Assembly (NCBI GenBank): GCA_963676835.2
Contig: CAXXFF010000003.1
Location: 192,001-256,000 of the forward strand
Direction of reading: 5' to 3'
Origin: Marispirochaeta sp.
GTDB lineage: Bacteria; Spirochaetota; Spirochaetia; JC444; Marispirochaetaceae
Length of the DNA stretch: 64,000 nt
Position 1 is the stretch's first letter. The number at the start of each line of letters is the position of its first letter. Both the position numbers and the translations under genes were made by a program. This document shows, one piece after another, positions 37,816 through 47,994 of this stretch. The notes below the pieces were generated by a model. That model was not told the DNA's origin, made no database searches, and saw nothing but the letters and a program-made list of their open reading frames with translations.

Positions 37816-38953
37816 TTATTGTAACATCGCCGCCGCGAACCTGATGCACATTGGATTCAAAGCGGATACCAACCTTTTCGCAGGACTCCTGCAGATAGGA
37901 AATATAGTAGATACCAAGTTCCGTGCTGCCCGAGTCCAGCTGATCCGAACAGAAAGCGGACAGACTCTTTTCTCTCATATCCAGACCTTTTATGGAGTTG
38001 ATCTTCTCTTTCAGATCACGATATTCGGAATACCGGTTATAGAGGGTAACTTCCAGACGGTCTCCGGCCGTGCTGCCCCGGAGAGTTCTCAGACGCCAGT
38101 CCAGATGAATCTGTTCACCAGCAGCCTCCATCTCCCGGAAAAGCCCGGCCCTGAGACTTTCGCTGTAGAGAACTTTAGCAGCAAGCTCCTTTCCGTTCTT
38201 TTTTCCAAGTGCCCGGGCTTTGAGGTTTGTATTTTCTGCACCGGTTAAAAGTTCGAGAATAAGCAGAGCCAGATACTCAGCTGTTTTAGCCTTTTCAAGA
38301 TACTGTCCAAGATTAATACGGATATCATCCACCAGGAGGGAATATTCCGCACTTTCATGATACCTGGAGAGAATAAACCAGATAAGCGGCCGCATCCTCT
38401 GCAGAAAATACTCACAACTGAGAATCTGAACATTCTTCTCCTCAGGAAGCAGTGACCCGTTATTATTGATTGCTTCAATAAGCGGCATGCTAATTTCTTT
38501 ACGAACCTCCTCAATCAGTGAACGATTCTGTTCGAGTACAGTTGCAAGAAATGTCTCATTTATTCTGGTACGATCGTCAATAATATTGGCGGGGTTATGG
38601 CGGTTCCATTGCCGTATCAGATCTGACTGCAGCAGGCGGCTGAAAATAAGAGAATCAAAATTACGGTACAGGATACCGTAAGTAACCATCTTTGAAAAAT
38701 CGATAACCTGCTGACGCCGGTCAAGAAACTCGGTACGGGATATCTCAATACGGCTTATATAATTCTGAAGCAGCATCCGCTGCAAAGAGCTTACAGGAGC
38801 TGTCTCAAGCACCAGACCATATACATCCGACCCGTCGGCAAGCTGGAATCTGCTTAAGTTCTTGCGCTTTCTGAGAAAGAAATCAGAGCCGTCCTCTGTA
38901 AGCGTAATACGTAAAGGTAGATTTACACTGCCGCCCCGTTTTTTCCCGGACAC
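37793..38953 (-). CDS. Hypothetical protein, possible degenerate HATPase-like C-terminus
   Basis: 386-aa ORF co-oriented with the nitroreductase. Confidence 0.75.
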   Translation of the reverse strand: MSGKKRGGSVNLPLRITLTEDGSDFFLRKRKNLSRFQLADGSDVYGLVLETAPVSSLQRMLLQNYISRIEISRTEFLDRRQQVIDFSKMVTYGILYRNFDSLIFSRLLQSDLIRQWNRHNPANIIDDRTRINETFLATVLEQNRSLIEEVRKEISMPLIEAINNNGSLLPEEKNVQILSCEYFLQRMRPLIWFILSRYHESAEYSLLVDDIRINLGQYLEKAKTAEYLALLILELLTGAENTNLKARALGKKNGKELAAKVLYSESLRAGLFREMEAAGEQIHLDWRLRTLRGSTAGDRLEVTLYNRYSEYRDLKEKINSIKGLDMREKSLSAFCSDQLDSGSTELGIYYISYLQESCEKVGIRFESNVHQVRGGDVTIITLQLQF

Positions 38954-38958
38954 AATGG

Positions 38959-39468
38959 CTACCAGTGATCATAAGAGCTTATCTTTTTTAAATCCTGCCT
39001 GTCCCTCTGCATGGGAAGCTGGTCGGGATATCCAATGGAGAGTAAAACAACCACACGCATCTGATAGGGTACCGAAAGAATCTCTTTTACAATTACTTCG
39101 TCAAAAGTGGTAAGAACCGCGCTGCCCAGCCCCTCTTCCTGAGCCTGAAGCATCATAAAGGAGACCGCTGTGGCGATATCTATGGGATAGGCATGCTGGC
39201 CGTTGGGCATCCTGTAATCCACATTGGTTGAACAGGCCGCAATGACTACCGGTGCCGTGGTGATCTGACTGGCTCCATAGGCCGCATCTTCAAGCTTTGC
39301 GAGAACGTTTTTATCCCGGACTACAATAAAGCGCCATGGCTGACGGTTCTTTGCAGAGGGAGCCCTGCGTCCGGCTTCAAGAATAGTGTCGAGACGATCC
39401 TGAGAGACAGCTTCGCCATTAAAATTTTGAATGGTTACGCGGTTAGCAATGTGAGGAAGCAGGCTCAT
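38959..39468 (-). CDS. Nitroreductase-family protein
   Basis: APSAKNRQPWRFIVV, LQAQEEGLGS, IGYP. Confidence 0.9.
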   Translation of the reverse strand: MSLLPHIANRVTIQNFNGEAVSQDRLDTILEAGRRAPSAKNRQPWRFIVVRDKNVLAKLEDAAYGASQITTAPVVIAACSTNVDYRMPNGQHAYPIDIATAVSFMMLQAQEEGLGSAVLTTFDEVIVKEILSVPYQMRVVVLLSIGYPDQLPMQRDRQDLKKISSYDHW

Positions 39469-39522
39469 ACAGTAACCCCTCTATTGACCACTGAAATCAT
39501 TTTTCCGTATTCTACGTTACAG

Positions 39523-41730
39523 ATGAAACGTACCCTCTCCCTGTTTCTGCTTATATTAATTTCGGCACAGTTTCTTGCTGCCCAAAATATAATCCGAACT
39601 CCCATGGGAGAAATACTCGATGACCTGGTTTATTTTAGCAGTCTCCATCCAAGACTGGAAGGGTCGAAACAGGAAAAAGCTGCATATTTATATATTAAAT
39701 CTGTTATAGATGACCTTGGCGTAAGCTATTCTGAACACAGCCTTGGAAATCTGAAGAACAACCACTCCTTTTCTTCGAGTATTATCGCAGAGATTCCCGG
39801 CCGCCAAAGTGACACCCTCAATATAATAGTGCCCATAGATCATCAGCCGGGTCTGCCAGACGATGCTGACGGTTCCTTAAGCCTTGCTCTTGGTCTCTCC
39901 ATGGTACGGGAATTTGCCCCCAGAAAGCTTGACACAGGCTTGAGAATACTTTTTCTCGGCGCCGAATATTCCGGTGAAGATCTTTCTCAACTCGGCTCAA
40001 CGGAATTCCTGAAAGATTTTTATCCCGACAGTCCCCAGTCTTTTCTGTATCTTGATGTTAAAAAAATTCCCGGGAGATTAAACCTGAGGGCCGGAGGAGA
40101 AGGAATAGTTGCTCCCTACTGGCAGGTTCGCAGAACCGTTGCAGCCCTGGAAACTTCAGGCCTTAACTATCGTTTCAAAGAAGACGAAAACCAGATTCAC
40201 CGCCTGGGTATGTGGGGAGTCCCCACCAGAATAAATCCCTATCTTCAGGCAGGCTATCCGGCATTAACCCTTGAAGGTGAGGAATACAGCAGCTCCTCGG
40301 CGGTTATCCCCTGGATCACCGGTTTCTACTCATTCTTTTTTTCCCTCATCGAGAATAACACCGACGGCTTTCCTGAACAGTGGGACAGGCACTACCTGTA
40401 CTTCAACCTGTTCGGTAAACCCTTTAGTATCGGCGAAGAGGCATACCTTTACCTGCTGCTGGCTGTTATTATTACTCCCCTTGTCTATCCGTTTTTTCTG
40501 CCCCGGAAATTCAACCGCTATCTGAGAACCCTGGGCAGAAATTTCTGGGATATACCGGTACTGATGCTCCTGATTTTCCTGTTTCTCATAGTCGGTACCT
40601 ACGGAGTACAGTTTATTCTGATGCTGCGGGGCTTCCCCTCCCTGTGGCAGCATGCACCCCTTGTGGTATTCCTGATAAAAGCAAGTATAAGCATGATTCT
40701 TTTTTTCCTCTCCTTCGGCATGCTCAAGAAGATACGCTTTTCACAAAACTCAACCTTCTACAGTTCTTCAGCCCTGTTTATGCTACTCCTGGCAATATTG
40801 ACTATATCGGTGCTTGATATTTCCATGACCTATTCCCTTCTCTGGGCTTTTGCGTTTTCCTTTATCTTCAGCATTGTCCCTAATAAATACATTAAAGCCC
40901 TGATGCTTGCCTTTTCCACGCTGCTGATTATCAATTCTCTGGCTAATGCCTTCGCGCAGGGTGCAGACAGGGTTATAGAGTTTCTTATCCTCAGCCCCTT
41001 AAAGGGTAATATCTTTCTATCCCTGCTCATTCTGCCCTTTCTACTCATGCTTATCCGTCTCGATTTTCTCTTTCGGCATCCAACCCTGATGCGTCAGAAG
41101 GTTCTTCTCAGGAACGCTGCTATTATCTTTTCCAGCATTACAATGATCGGAATACTGTTCCTTTTCGGATTCAAGCCATACAGCAAATCAAATCCTCAGC
41201 CGGTAACCATTACGGAAAACATAGATACCGGCACCAGCCTGTCGCAAATATCTGTCACCAGTCCTGCGAAGATAGAGGCACTGATTATCAGTGCGCCGAA
41301 TATAGGGCAGAAGGTAATCAGCAGTACCCGCAGTGAAGAGTTTACCCGGCATACCGAAAAGGATTATCTGGACATAGACATTTCACTGGAAAAGTTTCTC
41401 GACAGGGATAGATACCTGATTTTTCTCAATTCAGAGAATCCACCGGAAAACATCGAAATACAGTTCACAGGGTCAGAGGATTTTCTTGTGTACGATATGG
41501 ATTTCCCCTACACCCCTTCTTCCGACCGAAGGGGTGCGTTAATGCACATCGGGCATAATCCGCCTGTTCCACTGCGTTTTGAAGTGGTCTTTTTATCCGG
41601 TACAGCCAGTACAATGAACATTACTGCAGAATATGCCGGACCATTTAAGGATCTTGGAGTTCTTGGTGCGCCCTATATGATCCGGGCAACCCGCAGGGTA
41701 AATATGGAAATACCCCTACCCGTCGAGTAA
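39523..41730 (+). CDS. Membrane protein with M28-peptidase-like periplasmic domain and multiple TM helices
   Basis: Signal peptide, HPRLEGS, IIAEIPG, RILFLGAE, then a long hydrophobic region and a soluble C-terminus. Confidence 0.7.
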   Translation: MKRTLSLFLLILISAQFLAAQNIIRTPMGEILDDLVYFSSLHPRLEGSKQEKAAYLYIKSVIDDLGVSYSEHSLGNLKNNHSFSSSIIAEIPGRQSDTLNIIVPIDHQPGLPDDADGSLSLALGLSMVREFAPRKLDTGLRILFLGAEYSGEDLSQLGSTEFLKDFYPDSPQSFLYLDVKKIPGRLNLRAGGEGIVAPYWQVRRTVAALETSGLNYRFKEDENQIHRLGMWGVPTRINPYLQAGYPALTLEGEEYSSSSAVIPWITGFYSFFFSLIENNTDGFPEQWDRHYLYFNLFGKPFSIGEEAYLYLLLAVIITPLVYPFFLPRKFNRYLRTLGRNFWDIPVLMLLIFLFLIVGTYGVQFILMLRGFPSLWQHAPLVVFLIKASISMILFFLSFGMLKKIRFSQNSTFYSSSALFMLLLAILTISVLDISMTYSLLWAFAFSFIFSIVPNKYIKALMLAFSTLLIINSLANAFAQGADRVIEFLILSPLKGNIFLSLLILPFLLMLIRLDFLFRHPTLMRQKVLLRNAAIIFSSITMIGILFLFGFKPYSKSNPQPVTITENIDTGTSLSQISVTSPAKIEALIISAPNIGQKVISSTRSEEFTRHTEKDYLDIDISLEKFLDRDRYLIFLNSENPPENIEIQFTGSEDFLVYDMDFPYTPSSDRRGALMHIGHNPPVPLRFEVVFLSGTASTMNITAEYAGPFKDLGVLGAPYMIRATRRVNMEIPLPVE

Positions 41731-41743
41731 GGGAGTATTTTCA

Positions 41744-42922
41744 ATGGAGCCTGTTTTTTTTCATGTTGATCTGGATGCCTTTTACGCCTCCGTAGAAGAA
41801 CACGATAATCCCGACCTCAAAGGACTACCTGTCATTATAGGTGCACTTCCCGGCAAACGGGGTGTTGTTTCCGCCTGCTCCTATGCTGCCCGCAAGTTCG
41901 GAGTCCGTTCAGCCATGCCTGTATCCGAGGCTTACCGGCGATGCCCCCAGGGGGTTTTTATCCGCCCTCGGATGCAGAGATATCAGGAAATCTCAGCTGT
42001 GATCATGCAGTTATTCGGTGATTTTTCTCCCAGGGTACAGCAGATTTCAGTAGATGAGGCGTTCCTGGATATGTCCGGAACCCGCCGGATCTTCGGTACT
42101 CCCATACAAGCCGGAGAGCTTCTCAAAAAAACCGTAAAAGAGAAAACCGGCCTCACCGTTTCCATCGGGATAGCCTGGAACCGGTATCTGGCAAAACTTG
42201 CCAGTGATTTCAGAAAACCCGACGGTATGTACCAGGTAATCCGGGGTTCGGAAGAGGAGTTTCTCGATCAGCTGCCCCTTAAAGATATCTGGGGGCTCGG
42301 CGCAAAGGGGCGAGAACGCCTTGCGGAACTGAATATCCGGGATGTCCCAGGCCTTCGGGATTATCCGAAAGGCATACTTGCCCGACAGCTGGGCGATGCT
42401 GCAGCAGAATACCTGTATAAAGCAGTGCGGGGTATTGATCCGGGCATTTTCAATGAGGCGCCAAAATCGAGATCCATAAGCACAGAACGAACCTTTGGAA
42501 AAGATACTGCCGATGAAGAGGGGCTTACATCAACTCTCCTGGACCTGTCTCATCAGGTAATGTTCAGGATGATGCGGGAAGGATTTGTCACTCGCACAGT
42601 TGTTTTGAAAATACGATTCTCAGATTTTTCCACCAGTACTGTCAGAACAACCCTGGCTGCTCCGGTAGTCTCTGCAGAAGAGCTGTATCGTGAGGCTTTA
42701 CTGCTGTTTCGTAAACGCTGGACCAAAGGAAGAGAAGTACGCCTTATCGGAGTGGGTGCGGCCAATATAGAGAGCAGCAGATCCGCCCGTCAGACCAATC
42801 TGTTTGAAAATGCTGATGAACGTCATAAACGGGTAGAAGAAGCTGTAATGGGAATTCGGGACCGGCACAAGGAGAATACCATAATAAAAGCTCGCCTCCT
42901 TGAGCCGGGAAAATCTGACTGA
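41744..42922 (+). CDS. dinB: DNA polymerase IV
   Basis: HVDLDAFYASVE, SYAARKFGVRSAMP, SVDEAFLD, KPDG, VRLIGVG. Confidence 0.96.
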   Translation: MEPVFFHVDLDAFYASVEEHDNPDLKGLPVIIGALPGKRGVVSACSYAARKFGVRSAMPVSEAYRRCPQGVFIRPRMQRYQEISAVIMQLFGDFSPRVQQISVDEAFLDMSGTRRIFGTPIQAGELLKKTVKEKTGLTVSIGIAWNRYLAKLASDFRKPDGMYQVIRGSEEEFLDQLPLKDIWGLGAKGRERLAELNIRDVPGLRDYPKGILARQLGDAAAEYLYKAVRGIDPGIFNEAPKSRSISTERTFGKDTADEEGLTSTLLDLSHQVMFRMMREGFVTRTVVLKIRFSDFSTSTVRTTLAAPVVSAEELYREALLLFRKRWTKGREVRLIGVGAANIESSRSARQTNLFENADERHKRVEEAVMGIRDRHKENTIIKARLLEPGKSD

Positions 42923-44854
42923 TTATTCCAGTACTGATGTCTGATCCCGCGAATCAAGCACCGTCTGACCGGAAGTGCCGGTATATTGATTCAAAGGCTG
43001 AGTTACCATGTAATAGCGGTTGGTATTATTCCACAGAGTAAACCCCGAAGCCGGAGAACTGTCGGTACCTTTCAGCTGTCGCTGCAGATACTCGGTATAC
43101 TCCGGTTCCTCCATATAATACTCAAAGGGAAGCAGAAAAGCCTGAACATAAGGCCGAATCAGGCTGCGGCCTTCGGCAATACGGGAAGAGCGCACAGATC
43201 CTTCCTGATAAATCCATTCTGCCCGTTCCAGATAAGGCAGATCGTTGCGAAACTGCCGGGGAAAATGTGAGGGATAATACATGGGGCAGATTACATCCAC
43301 ATAATGACTTACCAGTTCAATATTCTGCCCTATCCAGTTACCCATGCGATACCAAGAGTTAAACCCATACAGATCAGTACTGATAGGGATAGATATTTTC
43401 TCTCTGACCATGGCTAAAAAGGATTCAAGGGCTTCTATCCGGCTCATACCGTCTCGACGATTCCTGTAGCGTGCAGTGGACAAATCTCCATCAGAAGGAA
43501 AACGGATATAGTCAAACTGAACCTCATCCACACCGCGCAGCTCCAGTTCTGCGGCAATTGCGGTGTTATAGCTCCATACTTCCTCAGAAAAAGGATCTAC
43601 CCAGAACTCCCGCTGTTCGTAACTGGTCTCTCCACTCTCTTCATCTTTTACAGGGATGCGGTTTCCCCAGGGTGCATTCCGCTTAACATCCCAAATGGCA
43701 AAGCGGTTTCCCTCGTAGTTGAACATCCGCTTGTCCTTGAAAACAACCACCCGACCAACCACGTAAATACCGCGGGCATGACAAGCCTGGATAAGCTCAT
43801 CCAGATCAAAACGGGGATTAAGGGCATTGGCATCTTTAACCTGCTTCAGATCCGAATCATAGGTGAGCCAGCCCCAGTCATCTTTCATATCAACCGTAAC
43901 CGTGTTCAGACCGTTCTCGTCGAGAAAATCAAGCTGCTTCCGGAGTTTCTCACCGGATGCATTGTTCGGATTAAGATATATCCCATACCGGCCGGAAGCT
44001 TTTTCCAGGCGACTGCTCTTTTCGACTGACAAGGAAGCACTTCCTGTATGAAAACTGCTGGAACTTCTCGTCCAGCTGCTGCCATCCCATGCATAGAGTG
44101 CTTTGTCCCCCCAGGCGGCAAGATTGCCGTTTTCAGCAAACCAGAGCCCCCTGATTTCATCTGTGTAAGGAAATTTTATGCTTTTCCAGGGGCTTTCAAG
44201 GGATTCTGCTGTATGTATTTCTGAAGTAAAGCTTGTAGCCAGGGCTATCCGGCCCTCTGCATCTGCGGCTATACCGCTGATCTCTTCATAAAAACCTGCA
44301 CCTTTATAAAGAAAAGGAACCTTTTCAGACAGCTTGGACCAGCTTTGTCCCGAATCCCGGGTTACAAAAAAGCCGTTAAATGAGGTACCGAGAAAAAAAG
44401 TGGAATCACCTGCAGGGGAAACGGAAGTAATATAGTTGCTTCCAGCCACTGGATCCTTGAGGGGGACTTCTGTAAAAGTGTCTCCATTATCGCTTGAGAT
44501 AAACAGTTCTGAACTTGTCGTAACTGCTATTCTGCCCGGTACATCCGCCGCAAGTCCAATGGATGTTAAAAGCTTTATGCCCTGATCATTGAATGGATAG
44601 ACAACGCGGCGGGGAAGTCCCTTGTTGCCGGCGGGTTGAGCGGAAGCTTCGTCAGAGCCGCTGTATACTCCATGATGGCGAAGCAAAAGATGCCAGCTGC
44701 CATCCTGACCGGGAGCCCCAACAGAGACATTTCCGGGGATATCGGCAAAACCCTCCATTGCGAAGAAGAGGGTAATAATCAAAGCTGTAATGATGAACCT
44801 TACTCTACCGGCATTGCCGTTTGGTCCGCCATTGTGGATAAATGATTCTTTCAT
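42923..44854 (-). CDS. Secreted putative glycoside hydrolase (DUF4015-like TIM barrel) with N-terminal beta-propeller-like region
   Basis: VDMKDDWG, RVVVFKD, WVDPF, DEVQFDYIRFP, PMYYPSHF; Asp-box-like SSDNGDTF and TRDSGQSW. Confidence 0.75.
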   Translation of the reverse strand: MKESFIHNGGPNGNAGRVRFIITALIITLFFAMEGFADIPGNVSVGAPGQDGSWHLLLRHHGVYSGSDEASAQPAGNKGLPRRVVYPFNDQGIKLLTSIGLAADVPGRIAVTTSSELFISSDNGDTFTEVPLKDPVAGSNYITSVSPAGDSTFFLGTSFNGFFVTRDSGQSWSKLSEKVPFLYKGAGFYEEISGIAADAEGRIALATSFTSEIHTAESLESPWKSIKFPYTDEIRGLWFAENGNLAAWGDKALYAWDGSSWTRSSSSFHTGSASLSVEKSSRLEKASGRYGIYLNPNNASGEKLRKQLDFLDENGLNTVTVDMKDDWGWLTYDSDLKQVKDANALNPRFDLDELIQACHARGIYVVGRVVVFKDKRMFNYEGNRFAIWDVKRNAPWGNRIPVKDEESGETSYEQREFWVDPFSEEVWSYNTAIAAELELRGVDEVQFDYIRFPSDGDLSTARYRNRRDGMSRIEALESFLAMVREKISIPISTDLYGFNSWYRMGNWIGQNIELVSHYVDVICPMYYPSHFPRQFRNDLPYLERAEWIYQEGSVRSSRIAEGRSLIRPYVQAFLLPFEYYMEEPEYTEYLQRQLKGTDSSPASGFTLWNNTNRYYMVTQPLNQYTGTSGQTVLDSRDQTSVLE

Positions 44855-44902
44855 ATGGCGATCAGCTTATCACAGCCTGACAGCTGCTGACAATCTGCAG
44901 AT

Positions 44903-46411
44903 TTATAAAGCGGTGTCGATCCAGCCTTTTGTACGTTCCACCGCCTTCAGCCACAGACCAAATCGTTTTTCTCTATCATCTTCATCCATGGAGGGAATCC
45001 ATCTGTTGTTTTCCTTCCAGTGATGACCGATCTCTTCCATTGACCGCCAGTATCCTACCGAAAGCCCTGCGGCATATGCTGCCCCCAGAGCAGTTGTTTC
45101 GGTAATTTCCGGCCGGATAACCGGTCGATTGAGAATGTCCGCCTGAAACTGCATCAACAGGCTGTTCTGTACCATTCCTCCATCTACCCTTAGCTCAGGT
45201 ATGGTAAGGCCTGAATCCTTCTCCATTGCTTCAATAAGCTCCCGGGTCTGAAAAGCCGTTGCTTCAAGCACCGCCCGGGCAATATGCCCGCTGCGGGCAT
45301 AAGCGGTTAATCCGGCAACAATCCCTCTGGCATCCGATCTCCAGTGGGGCGCAAAAAGCCCGGAAAAGGCAGGAACAAAATAGACCCCGCCATTGTCTTC
45401 AACACTGGCAGCCAATTCTTCAATTTCTGAACTGGTTTTAATAAGCCCGAGATTATCCCGCAGCCACTGAACCAGAGATCCGGTTACGGCAACAGAACCT
45501 TCGAGAGCATAACGGACAGGCTCACTGCCTTTGCGGTAGGCTACCGTGGTCAGAAGTCCATGACTCGAACGGATCAGCTCTGTTTCGGTATTCAGCAGCA
45601 GAAAGCATCCGGTACCGTAGGTATTCTTCGACTCACCCCGGGCAAAACAGGCCTGACCGAAAAGGGCAGCCTGCTGATCTCCCAGAACACCACCGATCGG
45701 TATTTCTTTGCCAAATACACCATCCGCATTAGTATACGCTATTGGATCTTCGGCAATAGAAGAGCAGATTTCAGGAAGCAAGGTTTCCGGCAGATCCCAT
45801 ATATCAAGCAGCTCCCTGTCCCAACGGCATGTTTCTATATTCATCAGCATTGTACGACTGGCATTGGTAACATCTGTAGCATGCTTGACACCACCGGAAA
45901 GTTTCCAGATAAGCCATGAGTCTATTGTGCCGAACCGCGCCCGGCCTTCCTTCATTGCGACCGCCACCTCGGGTATGTTTTCTTTAAGCCATACCAGTTT
46001 GGGTGCGGAAAAATAGGTTGCCGGGGGCAGCCCTGTCAGCTGAGTCAGCCGCTTATGGGATAGATGGACTGACTGAACAATTTTATCAGTTCTGGTGTCC
46101 TGCCATACCAGGGCATTGTAGAGGGGCCTGCCGCTTTCAGCATCCCATACCAGGGTGGTTTCCCTCTGGTTGGTTATCCCTACAGCAGCTATATCAGAGC
46201 TGTGTATACCGCTTTTTTTAAGGGTAGCCCGTATGACCGATTCCGTACGTGCCCATATTTCCTCCGGATCATGCTCAACCCATCCCGGGTTGGGAAATAT
46301 CTGGGTATGTTCCAATTGAGAGGAAGCTCTCTCCCTTCCCTGCTCATCGAAAAGAATAAACCGTGTACTGGTTGTTCCCTGATCTATAGCTCCCACATAT
46401 CTCTGTCCCAT
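44903..46411 (-). CDS. glpK: Glycerol kinase
   Basis: [43 protein letters not shown]. Confidence 0.96.
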   Translation of the reverse strand: MGQRYVGAIDQGTTSTRFILFDEQGRERASSQLEHTQIFPNPGWVEHDPEEIWARTESVIRATLKKSGIHSSDIAAVGITNQRETTLVWDAESGRPLYNALVWQDTRTDKIVQSVHLSHKRLTQLTGLPPATYFSAPKLVWLKENIPEVAVAMKEGRARFGTIDSWLIWKLSGGVKHATDVTNASRTMLMNIETCRWDRELLDIWDLPETLLPEICSSIAEDPIAYTNADGVFGKEIPIGGVLGDQQAALFGQACFARGESKNTYGTGCFLLLNTETELIRSSHGLLTTVAYRKGSEPVRYALEGSVAVTGSLVQWLRDNLGLIKTSSEIEELAASVEDNGGVYFVPAFSGLFAPHWRSDARGIVAGLTAYARSGHIARAVLEATAFQTRELIEAMEKDSGLTIPELRVDGGMVQNSLLMQFQADILNRPVIRPEITETTALGAAYAAGLSVGYWRSMEEIGHHWKENNRWIPSMDEDDREKRFGLWLKAVERTKGWIDTAL

Positions 46412-46460
46412 TTCACATGCCCCCGGGAATATAAAATTACTTGTTTATAAGCGTCAATTC

Positions 46461-46489
46461 AGGCTAAATCCGGAGACCCGCGTTGTCAA
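46461..46489 (-). promoter_or_regulatory. Sigma70-type promoter of glpK
   Basis: Minus strand TTGACA (46489-46484), 17-bp spacer, TAGCCT (46466-46461). Confidence 0.6.
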
Positions 46490-46507
46490 GAAAGAAAGAA
46501 AGAAAGA
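46488..46507 (+). repeat. (AAGA)5 simple sequence repeat
   Basis: Five perfect tandem AAGA units. Confidence 0.9.
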
Positions 46508-46646
46508 TAAAAAGGAAGAAACGCAACTTTAGAATAAATATTTATCCACACTTCGAAGATCCGCCTGTTCACAGTTTTAAAATTTGATTTCCGCTCTGTT
46601 TGGAGTAATAATTAATAATGAGGGGAATGTTAAACGGGAGGAGAAT

Positions 46647-46865
46647 ATGCTGAGGGGAAAATATGACGAAAAAATCGGTGAGGGGTTGGTACGAATAGGA
46701 GCATTGACCAGTACACAGAAAGAAAAAATACTCTCTGTTCAGGAGAACGGAGATAAACGCCTCTTCGGGCAGATTGCAGTTGCAAACAAATTCACCAATG
46801 ATGAAACCATAAGAAACTATCTTACTGACATCCGCAGAGCCCGTCACAGCCGCAGATACTGGTAA
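46647..46865 (+). CDS. Small stand-alone MshEN-like protein
   Basis: GGAGG RBS; KIGEGLVRIGALTSTQKEKILSVQ...RLFGQIAV resembles tandem MshEN motifs. Confidence 0.65.
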   Translation: MLRGKYDEKIGEGLVRIGALTSTQKEKILSVQENGDKRLFGQIAVANKFTNDETIRNYLTDIRRARHSRRYW

Positions 46866-46938
46866 ATCCGTTTTATTACCTGTTTTTTTAACCTGCCCCA
46901 GACTTGAAGCTTTATTAAGCCATCTCTACAATAGCCCC

Positions 46939-47985
46939 GTGAAATTGAAAAAAACAATCCCCAGGCTGTTATTCCTGTTCACGCTTTTTTTTCTCTGTAC
47001 CCAACTATCTTCCTGTGCCGTACTGGGCGGAGGAAAGCAGAGAGACAGCGTCGATTTTACCAGACTTCGGGATACCCGGCCGGATTTTGTTCTCCAGAAA
47101 AGTATTCCCCCACTGGTCAGGGAATATCTGGATTATTATAAACTACCGGTATTACCTGATAGATACTATTTCGGATACATCAATTCCGGCGAATGGGCCT
47201 GCCCTGTCCACCTTTTTCTTCCTTCTGCAGAGCCAAAGGGAACTGTTTTTATTATCCACGGTTTTCTTTCTCACTTCGGTTTCTTTCAGGACCTTGTGCC
47301 CTATCTTCTAACTGAAGGATGGGCGGTTGCCGGGATTGATCTGCCCGGGCACGGCCTTGCCACAGGGGAACCAACTGCCATCAACAATTTCAGCGACTAT
47401 GGAAACGCTGTTAAAGAACTTACTCGCACTGTCCTTCCCCTGGCCCCCGGACCTTTTGCCGTAATCGGCCATTCCATGGGATGTGCGTCATTGCTTGAAT
47501 ATGCAAGAACCACCACATCTGAATTTGCAGGCTATGTGTTTATAGCCCCCCTGCTCCATTCCAGGCTTTACGCCCTCTCCCGGGCAGGATTTTATCTGGC
47601 TCGCCCGTTTATAGATTCAATACCCAGATCCTATGAGAAAACCACCTCAAACAGGGAATATCTCGATTTCAAGGAGTTTCATGACCCCCTGCAGACAGAC
47701 CGGATATCTCCATCCTGGGCTGAGGCCCTCTATCGCTGGAATACAGATATCAACGGAAAGCCGCTGCCGGATATACCGGTATACATTATACAGGGGACTC
47801 TCGACAGGGTTGTCGACTATCGCTACAACATAAAATATTTTCAGGAATATCTGCCACTCCAGGGTGTGGAATTTATTGAAGGGGCCCGTCATGAACTCCT
47901 CAAAGAGATACCCGAATACCGGGATATACTGTTTAAATCAGTTAGTGCCAGGCTCAATGAAATTTCAACCAGTCAAAAGGATTAA
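46939..47985 (+). CDS. Alpha/beta hydrolase lipoprotein (lysophospholipase PldB-like)
   Basis: Lipobox LSSC, IIHGF, DLPGHG, GHSMG, QGTLDRVVD, ARHEL. Confidence 0.85.
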   Translation: MKLKKTIPRLLFLFTLFFLCTQLSSCAVLGGGKQRDSVDFTRLRDTRPDFVLQKSIPPLVREYLDYYKLPVLPDRYYFGYINSGEWACPVHLFLPSAEPKGTVFIIHGFLSHFGFFQDLVPYLLTEGWAVAGIDLPGHGLATGEPTAINNFSDYGNAVKELTRTVLPLAPGPFAVIGHSMGCASLLEYARTTTSEFAGYVFIAPLLHSRLYALSRAGFYLARPFIDSIPRSYEKTTSNREYLDFKEFHDPLQTDRISPSWAEALYRWNTDINGKPLPDIPVYIIQGTLDRVVDYRYNIKYFQEYLPLQGVEFIEGARHELLKEIPEYRDILFKSVSARLNEISTSQKD

Positions 47986-47994
47986 TCGCAGCCG

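Noticed and set aside
46542..46550. DnaA box TTATCCACA suggesting an origin
   Set aside because: Single intergenic copy; other matches (35749, 44833, 60453) are scattered in coding sequence, and dnaA/dnaN are absent
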